Positions 19,568 to 29,800 of a stretch of 64,000 bases of DNA are shown here, one piece after another. The notes under the pieces are model-generated. The model was not told where the DNA came from, did not search any database, and was given only the letters and a program-made list of their open reading frames with translations. The position numbers were made by a program, and so were the translations under genes. Location: IMG/VR virus record IMGVR_UViG_3300046170_000378, positions 124,001 to 188,000 of that record. The stretch is one strand, 5' to 3'. Each line of letters begins with the position of its first letter. The first letter of the stretch is position 1.

Positions 19568-19598
19568 AAGCCCGTTTGGAAACAAATGGGCTTTTTTT
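19568..19598 (+). terminator. Rho-independent terminator overlapping a middle promoter
   Basis: AAGCCCGTTTG-GAAA-CAAATGGGCTTTTTTT. Confidence 0.75.
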
Positions 19599-19605
19599 CG
19601 TATAA
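19579..19605 (+). promoter_or_regulatory. Putative middle promoter GAAAC-N17-TATAA
   Basis: Upstream of gp55-like sigma. Confidence 0.6.
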
Positions 19606-19626
19606 CCTTAAACTAAATAGGACAAA

Positions 19627-20004
19627 GTGGCTAGAAAGAAAAATTACCTCAACAATAAAGATCTTTACAACGCAATCGTAGAATCTAAAGATCAAGATAA
19701 ATTGACACCTACTGCAGAGAAAATGTTAATGTTACTCGCAGAAAGAGCAATAAATAAATTAACGTATGTAAATAATGATGACAGAGATGACTGTTTACAA
19801 TTTGCAATGTTAGATTTACTAAAATACTGGCGTAATTTCAACCCAAAGTATACCAATGCATTTGCGTATTTTACAGAGATAGCAAAGAGAGGATATGCTA
19901 AGGGGTGGAATAAAATACACCCTCAAAAATATAAAAATACGCTTTCAATGGATAAGATTTCATCTAAAGATTCTAGCGGCGAAAGTGGAATGTTCAATAT
20001 ATAA
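19627..20004 (+). CDS. Late-transcription sigma factor (gp55-like)
   Basis: NYLNNKDL...RDDCLQFAMLDLLKYWRNFNPKYTNAFAYFTEI. Confidence 0.85.
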   Translation: MARKKNYLNNKDLYNAIVESKDQDKLTPTAEKMLMLLAERAINKLTYVNNDDRDDCLQFAMLDLLKYWRNFNPKYTNAFAYFTEIAKRGYAKGWNKIHPQKYKNTLSMDKISSKDSSGESGMFNI

Positions 20005-20477
20005 TGTCAATAAAAAATGTTAGACCAACTAATAATTCAGGATTTGTACAGGGATATTTTACCCCAACTAATCCAGAAAAATATATTGGCCCAACACCGA
20101 TAATATACAGATCCTCTTGGGAAAGAAAGTTTATGATAATGTGTGACACTAAAGATAATGTTGTAAAATGGGCAAGTGAGCCAGTTGAAATCAAGTATAT
20201 CTGGTCTTTTGATAAAAGAGAGCATAAATATTATCCTGACTTTTATATGAAAACTAAAACTGAAGATGGATTCGAAGAGTTTTTAGTTGAAATAAAACCA
20301 GAAGCTCAAATTAAAAAACCACAACCACCAAAAAAGAGAAGCAAGGGAGCTATTAAATCCTATAAGTTTTTAGCTGAGCAGTATGTCAAGAATATGGATA
20401 AATATAAGTATGCCAGAGCCTGGTCAGAAAACAGGGGTTGGAGATTTATCGTACTTACAGAAAAGTCACTTAAATAA
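20004..20477 (+). CDS. Head completion nuclease (gp4-like, TnsA-type fold)
   Basis: YRSSWERKF, WASEP, YYPDF, VEIKP, FIVLTE. Confidence 0.85.
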   Translation: MSIKNVRPTNNSGFVQGYFTPTNPEKYIGPTPIIYRSSWERKFMIMCDTKDNVVKWASEPVEIKYIWSFDKREHKYYPDFYMKTKTEDGFEEFLVEIKPEAQIKKPQPPKKRSKGAIKSYKFLAEQYVKNMDKYKYARAWSENRGWRFIVLTEKSLK

Positions 20478-21074
20478 TGGGTCAAATCAAAAAAGACATA
20501 AAGCAACTATTTAAATCAGCTGGTAATAAAGGCAAAGCCATCAATGAGGCTAAAAAATGGTTTGATAAGGGTAAAACAAAAAGTATTGCAGATACTCGTA
20601 GACCATTTGAACCAGGAAAGATATATGTTTTTGAATATAAAAAACCCAAACACATTGACAGAATAGCATGGTTTCGATGCCTAATCCAGTTGTACTAGCA
20701 TTAGATCCAACTGATTTTGGAAATGACTGTGGCATAAATTTAAACTTATTACCACCCTAATATAAAAGAAGACTTACTAGATTTTGTTTATGAACAAATG
20801 AAAGGTCAAATAGAAAACCAAAAGAAAGGTGGTTCTGCAGATAACGCAAAAAAACAAAGTGAGCTTAAGTTCACTTATGAAGGTGCAAAGAGATTTCTAA
20901 AAGAGTATGGCTTTCGATTTTGCAATCAGACAATACATTCCAAATCTTAAATCAAATCAAAAGGTCGTGTCTTATGAAAGTTGGGCCAAAATAGCGATTT
21001 TAGACTTTGCAGACATTAATGGTAGCGACTTGAACAAGATCCAGGAAGCATTTAGAAACCACTTAAAGAAATGA
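20477..21074 (+). CDS. DNA end protector protein (gp2-like); several apparent indels
   Basis: PGKIYVFEY...WFDANPVVL...GINLNLLPP reconstructed across frames. Confidence 0.7.
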
Positions 21075-21082
21075 GATATATA
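21075..21082 (+). promoter_or_regulatory. Putative late promoter GATATATA
   Basis: Upstream of portal. Confidence 0.6.
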
Positions 21083-21105
21083 AAACATAACATAAATTAA
21101 AAAGT

Positions 21106-22704
21106 ATGGCAGGATTTACAGATAAAAGAAACGGGCCATTGAGCGTCAATACAAAACCGTTTAGCCTCTCAAGTGCACTTAAAACCTTGAGTAGTTTCGG
21201 TATGCGCTATGATGATCTAGTACTTAGACAGTCACAAGCCATCGGTCCAATGGAAGCCCAAATAGGGTATGGGGAAATGAACCCATTTGGATATGACAAT
21301 GACGACATCTACGGTGCATTCGCAGCCATGTCCATGACCGACATTAATCTTAAGAAGAATATTCCATTCTTTGATAAAGATTATCTAACAAAAAGAGATG
21401 AATTAAGAAGATTCTCAACCAATGATGAAATTGAAGATATTTTAGATATTCTATGTGATGAGACTATCGTATATGATGAAAAGAATTTCTTCGCTCAACC
21501 TGAAGTATTAGGACTTGACATATCTGATAAGGTAAACAAAGATCTTAACAGATACTTTAGACAAATCTATCACTATTTTGGTTTTACAGAAGATCAATCG
21601 GCATGGTACTACTATAGAAAATTCTTGATAGATGGTTATTTGGCATTTGAAATAATTTATTCCCCTGACCAAAAAGAAATTATAGGTTTTAAAGAACTTG
21701 ATCCTGTTACATTAATCCCAGGTTATAATACTGACGATGGTAAAAAGGTTTGGGTACAATATAAAGATGATCCAGTAAAAGAAAGAAAATTATACGATTC
21801 ACAAATCATATACGTATCTTATTCGTCTATTACAACAGCATCAAGAGTCTCTTACTTAGAAAGATTAGTAAGAGCATTTAACCTACTTAGAATTATGGAA
21901 CACACTAGAGTGATCTGGTCTGTTACCAATGCTTCGTTTAGAATGAAGTTTATTATCCCAGTTGGTGGTAAATCTAAAACAAGAGCAAAGCAATCACTTT
22001 CTCAGTTAATGAATTCTTATAAAGAACAAGTAGATTTCGATTGGGACTCAGCTTCTCTTTCAACTGATGGTAAACCAATGCTCCAGTTTAGTAAAGAATA
22101 TTGGTTACCTTCTAAGGACGGTGATTCACCAGAAATTGAAACTCTTGGTGGTGAAGGTCCAGAACTAAACGACACTGAAGCACTTAAATATTTCTCAGAT
22201 AAATTAAAACACGTATCTAAGATACCATTTAATAGATTCTTATATGAAGATGGTGGTGGGGAATTTAACCTTGCAGCCGATGGTATGATTAGAGACGAGA
22301 TTAAGTTTGGTAAATTTATCAAGCGTTTAAGATCTACGTTCCAAGAAATATTAGTTAAGCCATTGTATTTACAAATCTGTTTAAAATATCCAGAGTTTGT
22401 AGATGATCCACAATTTAAAACTCAAGTAGCTTTAAGATTCAATGAAGAAAACATGTTTGCTGAAATGAAGCACATGGAAATCATGGAAAAAAGACTTGAA
22501 TTTATTGGATCTATGAGAGATAGCTTAATGACTACTAATCAAGAAACAATGGAAGAAGAATATTACTTCGATCAGGAATACCTAGTTAAAAAATATCTAA
22601 AATTGTCTGATGATGAAATTAGATCAAATGAAGCTGCAAAAGCAGCAAAAGCTAGAGAAGACGCTGAGGCTCCTGAAGAAGAAGATGATGGGATGGGCAT
22701 CTAA
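21106..22704 (+). CDS. Portal protein (gp20)
   Basis: EIEDILDILCDE, FLIDGYL, SYLERLVRAFNLLRIME, EYWLPSKDG..PEIETLGG. Confidence 0.92.
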   Translation: MAGFTDKRNGPLSVNTKPFSLSSALKTLSSFGMRYDDLVLRQSQAIGPMEAQIGYGEMNPFGYDNDDIYGAFAAMSMTDINLKKNIPFFDKDYLTKRDELRRFSTNDEIEDILDILCDETIVYDEKNFFAQPEVLGLDISDKVNKDLNRYFRQIYHYFGFTEDQSAWYYYRKFLIDGYLAFEIIYSPDQKEIIGFKELDPVTLIPGYNTDDGKKVWVQYKDDPVKERKLYDSQIIYVSYSSITTASRVSYLERLVRAFNLLRIMEHTRVIWSVTNASFRMKFIIPVGGKSKTRAKQSLSQLMNSYKEQVDFDWDSASLSTDGKPMLQFSKEYWLPSKDGDSPEIETLGGEGPELNDTEALKYFSDKLKHVSKIPFNRFLYEDGGGEFNLAADGMIRDEIKFGKFIKRLRSTFQEILVKPLYLQICLKYPEFVDDPQFKTQVALRFNEENMFAEMKHMEIMEKRLEFIGSMRDSLMTTNQETMEEEYYFDQEYLVKKYLKLSDDEIRSNEAAKAAKAREDAEAPEEEDDGMGI

Positions 22705-22728
22705 AATAAATTGAATATATAAATTATT

Positions 22729-23097
22729 ATGAAAGTAATTAAAACAATAGAAGCGTTTGCTAAAGAGAAAAGCTACAATAAAGTTATTGAGGCAGCTACA
22801 AGAGTAGGCGAAGAATCAAAGGTTTATGTCGATGACATCGATCTAGATTCAGGTAAAACAGTAAAAGCTGTTGAAATTATTGGAGCTATTAATGCATTTC
22901 CAACAGAGAAAGAATTTAAAAAGTATTTCTATGATCAGTATGGAGAGAATGCATTTGGTGAAGGTGAAATTGAAGTGATTATTAAATATTACAATGACGT
23001 CAAAACCGAAGAAGCTGAAGCTGAAAAAGAAGCTGAAAAAGAAGAAGGCGGAGACGGCGAAGAAGGCGGTGAGGATGATCCTCTAGGAGACATCTAA
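22729..23097 (+). CDS. Probable prohead core/internal protein (acidic C-terminus)
   Basis: Position between portal and protease; N-terminus KTIEAFAKE; AATATATA motif upstream. Confidence 0.5.
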   Translation: MKVIKTIEAFAKEKSYNKVIEAATRVGEESKVYVDDIDLDSGKTVKAVEIIGAINAFPTEKEFKKYFYDQYGENAFGEGEIEVIIKYYNDVKTEEAEAEKEAEKEEGGDGEEGGEDDPLGDI

Positions 23098-23128
23098 AGG
23101 TAATAAGATAATTACATAATAACTAAAG

Positions 23129-23136
23129 GATATATA
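23129..23136 (+). promoter_or_regulatory. Putative late promoter GATATATA
   Basis: Upstream of protease-scaffold gene. Confidence 0.6.
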
Positions 23137-23159
23137 TTAAAAATAGAAAATCCATAAAT

Positions 23160-25622
23160 ATGAAAAAAGCAAAGGATTTGCTAATCGTTGAAATGTCGTC
23201 ATCGGCTCTGAATGTAACATCATCAGAGGAGAAAGATTACGTTCTCGAAGGAGTATTTGGTCAAATTGATCAAAAAAATAGAAACAATAGAATCTACACT
23301 GAAGATGAGTATGTTCCTCAAATTGAGGCTCTTCAGCAGAAAATTGAATCTTCTAAATTGTTAGGTGAATTAGATCACCCGCAGCAATTTGACACTTCAT
23401 TAAAGAATGTATCTCACATCGTTGAAGAACTTTTTTACGATAAAGAAAGCAAAGAAGTAAGAGGTAAAATCAGACTATTAGATACTGATGCAGGTAGACA
23501 AGCTAAAGCATTAGTTGATGCTGGTGTACCATTACAAATCTCATCAAGAGCAGCGGGCGCTGTCGAATCAAACGGTAAAGTAAAAATCAAACAACTATTC
23601 ACCTACGATTTAGTAGCTGACCCTGGTTTTGAAAATGCAGAACTTAAGAGAGTTAATGAATCTTACGGATATGCAACAGACGGTGGTTTATACATTTACG
23701 AAATGGGCGAAGCTAACGTTACCGAAAATATTGAAACTCAAAACTTAAATACAGAAATAAAAGAAAATAAAAACATGGAGGAATTCGTAAAAGCCGAAGA
23801 CTTTAATAGATATTCTGAATATCTAGCAAAAGAAATTAAAGGCATAAAAGAGTCAATGGACGCTAAAGCTGCTGATGCTAGTGAAGACATGACTGTAGAA
23901 AACATTAAATCTCACAATGATCATATTGCTGATAACGTTAATACATTATCAGAGTATGTTACTTATTTAGCTGAGAAACTAGACCAATCTATTCAATATT
24001 CTGAACACGTTGCTGAAAAAGCAGATCAAGGTATTTCATATACTGAGTCAGTTGCTGAGAAATTAGATCAAGGTATTCAATATTCTGAGCATTTAGCTGA
24101 GTCTATTACTAAAGTAAAAGATTTCGCTAACTATTTAGCAGAATCTCATAACGAAGGCGCTGATTCAGCTGCTAATATTTTAGGTTATGTAGAATACTTA
24201 AGAGAAAACTTACAATCTATTTCAGAATATGCAGAATACATTGCAGAATCAATCAACGAAAACTTAGTAGTTGAAGACGGTGCAGGTGTAGATGCTGAAG
24301 ACTTAGAAGACGAAACTGTCGATGAAACACCAGACGTTGTTGACGCAGACGGTGAAGAGTACGAAAAAGCTGACGATAGAGCAGAAGATAATTCAGACGA
24401 ATTAGAAGATGAAATCGAAGACGGCGAAGAAGGTGCTAAAGAAGTTACTGAAGACGAAGGTGAAGAAGCTGGCAAAGAAGTTGAAGAAATTGAAGACGAC
24501 GCAGCTGAAGATCTTGGTGAAGATAAAGCTGAAGAAATCGAAGACGACATCAACGACAAAGGTGAAGTTGAAGATCTAGACGACAAAGTAGAAGATACTC
24601 CAGAAGAAGTTGATAATGCTGAAGATCACGTAGGCGAAGATTTAGAAGATGAAGTTTCTGATATTGCTAAAGATGAAATCGAAGATCACGAAGAAGAAAT
24701 GCACTCTAAAGGTGAAGAAGAAGCTGAAGGTGAAGAAGAAGCTGAAGAAGAAGTTGAAGCTGAAGAAGAAGTTGAAGCTGAAGAAGAAGTTGAAGCTGAA
24801 GAAGAAGTTGAAGCTGAAGAAGAAGTTGAAGAAATGACTGAAGACGTTGAAGGTGAAGACGCTGGAGAAGAAGGTGAAGAAGTTGTTAAGAAAGGCGAAG
24901 AAGAACTAGACAAAATAGGCGATAACTCAGCTGAAGGTGATGTTGATTCTCACAAAGCTGGTGAAGAAGGCGAAGATCTAGAATCTGATTTAGATAACAG
25001 TGATCAAGAAATTCCACCAACAGGTAATACTGACGAAGCAGAACCTGGTGAAGGCGAAGAAGAAGCTGAAGGCGAAGATGGCGCACAAGATCCATTAGAA
25101 GCTTATAAAAGCGAAATCTCTGCAAAACTAAACAATTTGATCGAAACAGCTCAAATTAAAGAAAATGAAAATCCATCTTTCTTTAGAGTCGTATCATCAT
25201 CTACAATAGAAAAGTATAACGCTCTTAACGAAGACGCTAAAACAGAAGTTAGATCAGCAGTATCTAAAAGAGGTTTTATGACTGAAAGAGAAATTACTTC
25301 TATTATTGAATCATCTCAATTAATCGTTGAGAATAAAAACGCTGAACCATTTTTCCTAGCGGCTATGCCACTAGAATACAAAGAAACATGGGAAAACTTA
25401 AGCGAAGCTAAAAAATCTCAAATTGGTGCACAATCTAAGTATCACACTTTAAACACTGAATACCAAGTAAGAAACTTTTGGCAAACTAGAGATCTTAGAG
25501 AAACTAAGGTTGATTTAAACAAAGTAGCAATGGTTAACGAATCTAAGACAGAAGATAAGCCTTCACTTGGATATGATGCATCTAGCTACGCTGACGCGTT
25601 TAAGAAAAGATTCAACAAATAA
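23160..25622 (+). CDS. Prohead protease (gp21-like) fused to scaffold (gp22-like) with a long acidic insert
   Basis: KNRNNRIY, GELDHP, ISSRAAG, YDLVADPG in N-terminus; 14-aa AEKLDQxIxYxExx repeats; E/D-rich tract. Confidence 0.85.
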   Translation: MKKAKDLLIVEMSSSALNVTSSEEKDYVLEGVFGQIDQKNRNNRIYTEDEYVPQIEALQQKIESSKLLGELDHPQQFDTSLKNVSHIVEELFYDKESKEVRGKIRLLDTDAGRQAKALVDAGVPLQISSRAAGAVESNGKVKIKQLFTYDLVADPGFENAELKRVNESYGYATDGGLYIYEMGEANVTENIETQNLNTEIKENKNMEEFVKAEDFNRYSEYLAKEIKGIKESMDAKAADASEDMTVENIKSHNDHIADNVNTLSEYVTYLAEKLDQSIQYSEHVAEKADQGISYTESVAEKLDQGIQYSEHLAESITKVKDFANYLAESHNEGADSAANILGYVEYLRENLQSISEYAEYIAESINENLVVEDGAGVDAEDLEDETVDETPDVVDADGEEYEKADDRAEDNSDELEDEIEDGEEGAKEVTEDEGEEAGKEVEEIEDDAAEDLGEDKAEEIEDDINDKGEVEDLDDKVEDTPEEVDNAEDHVGEDLEDEVSDIAKDEIEDHEEEMHSKGEEEAEGEEEAEEEVEAEEEVEAEEEVEAEEEVEAEEEVEEMTEDVEGEDAGEEGEEVVKKGEEELDKIGDNSAEGDVDSHKAGEEGEDLESDLDNSDQEIPPTGNTDEAEPGEGEEEAEGEDGAQDPLEAYKSEISAKLNNLIETAQIKENENPSFFRVVSSSTIEKYNALNEDAKTEVRSAVSKRGFMTEREITSIIESSQLIVENKNAEPFFLAAMPLEYKETWENLSEAKKSQIGAQSKYHTLNTEYQVRNFWQTRDLRETKVDLNKVAMVNESKTEDKPSLGYDASSYADAFKKRFNK
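24741..24830 (+). repeat. Five exact tandem copies of GCTGAAGAAGAAGTTGAA (AEEEVE)
   Basis: Read directly. Confidence 0.9.
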
Positions 25623-25625
25623 AAG

Positions 25626-25633
25626 GATATATA
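25626..25633 (+). promoter_or_regulatory. Putative late promoter GATATATA
   Basis: Upstream of major capsid gene. Confidence 0.6.
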
Positions 25634-25726
25634 ATAATATAATCGACGAAAACGGGTGACAGAAGCAGAAAACCCAAGCATGTCGAGTTTAACTATAAAC
25701 ACAAACAAAAAAAGAACATTTACAAA

Positions 25727-27187
25727 ATGGCAAATTTAATTAACGAATCTGAGATCAGAGGTACTTGGGCTCCTATTATTGAGGAAGCAACAGGAATCAA
25801 TGAATCAGAAAAGCTAGCTTGGATGTCGACTTACTGTCACAATCACAAGCTTTATGAAGACGCTCAAATGATGGCGTTAAACCCAGTTTCTCCGGGAACT
25901 CAAAACATCGGTGGTATGGGCTCTGTAGTCCTTCCAGATGCAACTGCATCTTTCGCAAATCAAAGAGGTTCAGGTGACAAAGCTCCAACTTTATTACCTT
26001 TAGCAATGCAAGTTGCTGCTCAAACGATTGCATTAGACTTAGTACCAGTTGTACCAATGGCAGGTCCTATGGGCTTACTATCTTACTTAGACTTCGTATA
26101 CGAAGGTGGTAGAATTGACGGTGGTGTTGCTCCAACATTCATCAAGTCAGAAGATGCTGACGGTGCTGGTGAAGCAAGCGGTTACAAATTCACTAAATTA
26201 GACAAAGCATCAAGAATTGATGGTTTTGCTATCTATGAAGTTGAAGAAACTGGTGCACACGTTGACGCTAACGGTGCTCCTGTTACTTTACTAGCTGCAT
26301 TTAGAGCTACTAATGCTGCTGATGATGCTGATATCGAATTAGTAAAAGCGTTAGAAGACCACATTCCAGGATTCTCTGGTGCTGGTGCATTTAGCGGCGA
26401 AGGCGGTGTAAGCAATGTTTATCCAATGTCAAGAGAGACAGGGGAAAGAACTCCAGACAAATTAATGGGTCTAAGCTTATTCTCTAAGTCAGTTGCTGCT
26501 GAAACTTTCCAAGTTGCTGCTGCAGTTACAAGAGAGCAAGTACAAGATCTTAAGCAATTCGGTGTTGACGCTGTTGCTCAAGTAGAAGCAGTATTAACTA
26601 ACGAATTGACTCAGTCTATCAACCAACACATCTTAGCTGAAATGAGAAGATTAGCTAAAGAAAATGCTGGTACTGAATTAGCTGCTTCAGTTGATTTCAC
26701 TACAGCATACGATTTAGGTGGTAACACTTTCGGTGATGTAAACAGAAGAGTCCTTACTCACATCTTAGCTCACGCTAACTTCATCGCTAACAAAGGTAGA
26801 AGAGGTGCTGGTAACTTTGCAGTTGTTTCTGCAAAAATGGCATCAGTTTTACAAGGTGTTGCAGGTTTCGTACCTAACCCAATGGCTAACACAGTTAACC
26901 AAGTTGCAGGTGCAATCTATCCATTAGGTTCAGTTGCAGGTATCAACATATACACTGACCCTACTCAGAAATTTGAGTCAGGTGACGTATTAGTTGGTAG
27001 AAAAGGTGACGGTAACGGTCCTGGTTTAGTATTCATGCCATACTTAATGGCTGAATCAGTACAAACTATTGCTGAAGGTACTATGGCTCCAAAGGTAGCT
27101 GTAAAATCTAGATACGCATTAGTTGAAGCTGGATTCCACCCACAAACTCAATACTCTACGTTCGAGGTTAAGAACATCCAACTATAA
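25727..27187 (+). CDS. Major capsid protein (gp23-like)
   Basis: DLVPVVPMAGPMGLL, QDLKQFGVDA, RRGAGNF, PGLVFMPY, KSRYALV. Confidence 0.95.
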   Translation: MANLINESEIRGTWAPIIEEATGINESEKLAWMSTYCHNHKLYEDAQMMALNPVSPGTQNIGGMGSVVLPDATASFANQRGSGDKAPTLLPLAMQVAAQTIALDLVPVVPMAGPMGLLSYLDFVYEGGRIDGGVAPTFIKSEDADGAGEASGYKFTKLDKASRIDGFAIYEVEETGAHVDANGAPVTLLAAFRATNAADDADIELVKALEDHIPGFSGAGAFSGEGGVSNVYPMSRETGERTPDKLMGLSLFSKSVAAETFQVAAAVTREQVQDLKQFGVDAVAQVEAVLTNELTQSINQHILAEMRRLAKENAGTELAASVDFTTAYDLGGNTFGDVNRRVLTHILAHANFIANKGRRGAGNFAVVSAKMASVLQGVAGFVPNPMANTVNQVAGAIYPLGSVAGINIYTDPTQKFESGDVLVGRKGDGNGPGLVFMPYLMAESVQTIAEGTMAPKVAVKSRYALVEAGFHPQTQYSTFEVKNIQL

Positions 27188-27211
27188 GAGTTAAATAGCA
27201 ATATTTAAATT

Positions 27212-27242
27212 AAAAGGCCCTCTTTTTGAGGGTCTTTTTTTT
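27212..27242 (+). terminator. Rho-independent terminator after capsid gene
   Basis: AAAAGGCCCTC-TTTTT-GAGGGTCTTTTTTTT. Confidence 0.8.
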
Positions 27243-27269
27243 GCTTTAAACTTTAGGCTTATTTAAGAA

Positions 27270-27277
27270 GATATATA
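27270..27277 (+). promoter_or_regulatory. Putative late promoter GATATATA
   Basis: Upstream of 27308 ORF. Confidence 0.55.
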
Positions 27278-27307
27278 AACCATAGACATTTTAAAAAATA
27301 TACACAA

Positions 27308-29229
27308 ATGATGAAACTTAATAAAAGAATCAAATTGTATGAAGAATTTGCAGGAACTGCAATGGATTCTTCAAATAATACGGCACCTGCTTCTAAAACT
27401 ACGTCTAATTCTGTAGCAGTTGACAAGACTAACGTTAAATCAGATGATGCTACAAAAAAAGCAGAAGGTGAAAAAGTAAGAGCTAGTGTTATTAAGGATG
27501 TAGATGCTATTTTAACAAACTTATCTAAATTATCAGATCAGATCAAAGAACATTATATGATCAATGAAGAGGTTTCTATGGAAAGTGTTTTAGCTTCTCT
27601 TAAATCTTCTTTCGCTATAGCTAAATGCGAAAGTAAACTAGGAAAGTATAAAAAGATTGCATTGATGGCAAATAAAGATCAACAAACTGCAGATAACATA
27701 CAGAGTGAATTTAAAACAATGGCCAAATTTGATAAGCAGATAGAAGCAGCAGAAGGTGAAAAAAAGGTAAAACTTAAAGAAGCTAAGAAGAATGCTAAAA
27801 CAGAATTAGATCATAATAAAGAAGTTAACGCTGAAAAATTAAAAAATGCTCTTCAAGAATTCGAAGATGAACTAGGAGAAGCTGAAAAAAACATAGCTAA
27901 AGACAGTCCATTAGGAAAGGTATATTTTAAAAGAAAGGCAGTTTTAAAGAACATAGTCGCAGAAGAAGGTTTAGAGAATAAGGCTAAGGTATTTAAAGCT
28001 ATGGGTAAAAAAGAAGCGGCATTAGCTGCAGCTGGAGAATTAAAAGAAGTTCAACAAAAGGGAAAAGAATTAGCTCAGGCAATAGCAGATGGAGAAAAAG
28101 AAGCAAGTGACGATATTAAAGAACTAGAAGGCGTTAAAGCATTCCTTCCTGAAATTGAAGCTATTCAAAAAACTTCGGTTGCTATAAAGAAAATCGGAGA
28201 TCAAGCAGACGCTCATATAAATAAATTAAAGCCTGCTAAAAAGGAAGAAACAGCTGACGACACCAAGACTGACGACACCGAAGACTGACGACACCAAGAC
28301 TGACGACACCAAGACTGACGACACGAAGACTGACGACACGAAGACTGACGACACCAAGACTGACGACACCAAGACTGACGACACCAAGACTGACGACACG
28401 AAGACTGACGACACCGAAGACTGACGACACCAAGACTGACGAGATACCAAGACTGACGATGATACCAAGACTGACGATGACAAGAATAAAATAAAAGAAG
28501 AATCTTTGGACATAGACAATGTTGTAGAAAACGCTAAAGTAGAAGATCTTTATTCTGCAGCAAAGGGTGCTAATGATGAAGGTGCTTTAAATAAGGCTAA
28601 AGAATTAGCTTCATCCTTTAAATCGGCAGCTGCAGCTGAAGAATTAGCTGCAAAAACCTGCATTAGCAAATAAAATTGCAGGAAAAGAAGTTCCTAAAAC
28701 TATTATAATTCTAGCAGGTGGAGACGACGAGTCTGCCAAAGAAGGTGAAGACGGTTATACTCTCGGTAACTTTATTGACAAATACGGAGGCGGATCTTCT
28801 ATAGTAGGTAAAGAAGATTATTCACCTATTAAAATAGCAGATGAAATTTTAGCTAGCGTAGACGATGCAATTGCAAGTGCTACCGGTAAATCAGACGACA
28901 CTGACACTTCAAAAGATGATGACACTTCAAAAGACGATACATCTGATGATGAAACACCAGAAAAGAATTCTAAGAAAGACATGATTGCTAGATACAAAAA
29001 ATTAATTGACGGCACCGATGATGAAGAAAAGAAAAAGAAGTATCAAGATAAAATAGACAAGCTAAGTAAAACAGAAGAATCTAAATTTTTAGATCCAGAT
29101 TTTATAGCTGTATTAGAAGCTGAGCTATTAGCGTTTGAAAATTCAATAAATGAATCAGAAGAACTACCCAAGAAAGTTAAGCTTTATGTAGGTATGTCAA
29201 TTGCTGATAGATTTAAAGCATTAATGTAA
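27308..29229 (+). CDS. Large charged helical protein, probable internal head protein (~640 aa after correcting four apparent indels)
   Basis: N-terminal KLYEEF; K/E-rich helices; reading continues through the DDTKT repeat into the 28981-29229 ORF if indels are removed. Confidence 0.55.
28256..28484 (+). repeat. Tandem 15-bp repeat GACGACAC(C/G)AAGACT (DDTKT) x12, then two longer variants
   Basis: Read directly; two units carry an extra base. Confidence 0.9.
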
Positions 29230-29231
29230 TA

Positions 29232-29738
29232 TTAAAGAGAGCGCCTAGCGTTCTTTTTAGCCAACTTAAGAAACTCCTCTCGTTCTGCGAGCAGGAGTTT
29301 TTTACATTCCTTGCGAAACTCAATTGAAGATTTAAGTATACGACTGTCAATCATAGGAGCGTCTAAAACATCTAAGTATTCTGGATGAATAAAGTTTTCT
29401 AGATCAAAGTTCATAAATTTGGCCTTAATTGGTTTTAAGCTTATTGCACATAACCAATCTACACTATTATAAGAAGCGTGTAAAGTGTCAATATCAACGA
29501 CCTCGTTAGTACTATGATCCCAATATAATTTTAAACTACTTGCAGATTTACTACTGGTTCTGTGCATTCTCAGAATGCAGCCCATAAATTGATCACTATC
29601 TGACCATGTTTTAATATGTCTGTGTTCTATTAAGAATTTTCGATGATTCTTTTTTAGACAACCTAAAATTATCCCATGTCTATTCCTAGGATTTGGACCA
29701 TTTGTTCTTATTATTTGTATGTCAACCTTTCTAGCCAT
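29232..29738 (-). CDS. Hypothetical basic protein; the only credible minus-strand gene
   Basis: 168-aa ORF filling the gap between + strand genes; AT-rich leader. Confidence 0.65.
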   Translation of the reverse strand: MARKVDIQIIRTNGPNPRNRHGIILGCLKKNHRKFLIEHRHIKTWSDSDQFMGCILRMHRTSSKSASSLKLYWDHSTNEVVDIDTLHASYNSVDWLCAISLKPIKAKFMNFDLENFIHPEYLDVLDAPMIDSRILKSSIEFRKECKKLLLAEREEFLKLAKKNARRSL

Positions 29739-29755
29739 ATATTATATTTATCTTT

Positions 29756-29783
29756 GAAACTTTAACGCCTTGTGTGTGTATAA
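29756..29783 (+). promoter_or_regulatory. Putative middle promoter GAAAC-N18-TATAA
   Basis: Upstream of clamp loader. Confidence 0.6.
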
Positions 29784-29800
29784 TTACCAAAACATATTAT

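Noticed and set aside
28256-28484. CRISPR array
   Set aside because: Head-to-tail 15-bp tandem repeat with no unique spacers, in frame with a protein (DDTKT).
24185-28519. Ser/Val-rich minus-strand ORFs (24185, 24686, 28226, 28236) and similar antisense ORFs throughout
   Set aside because: Shadows of GAA/GAC-rich sense genes; no independent signals.
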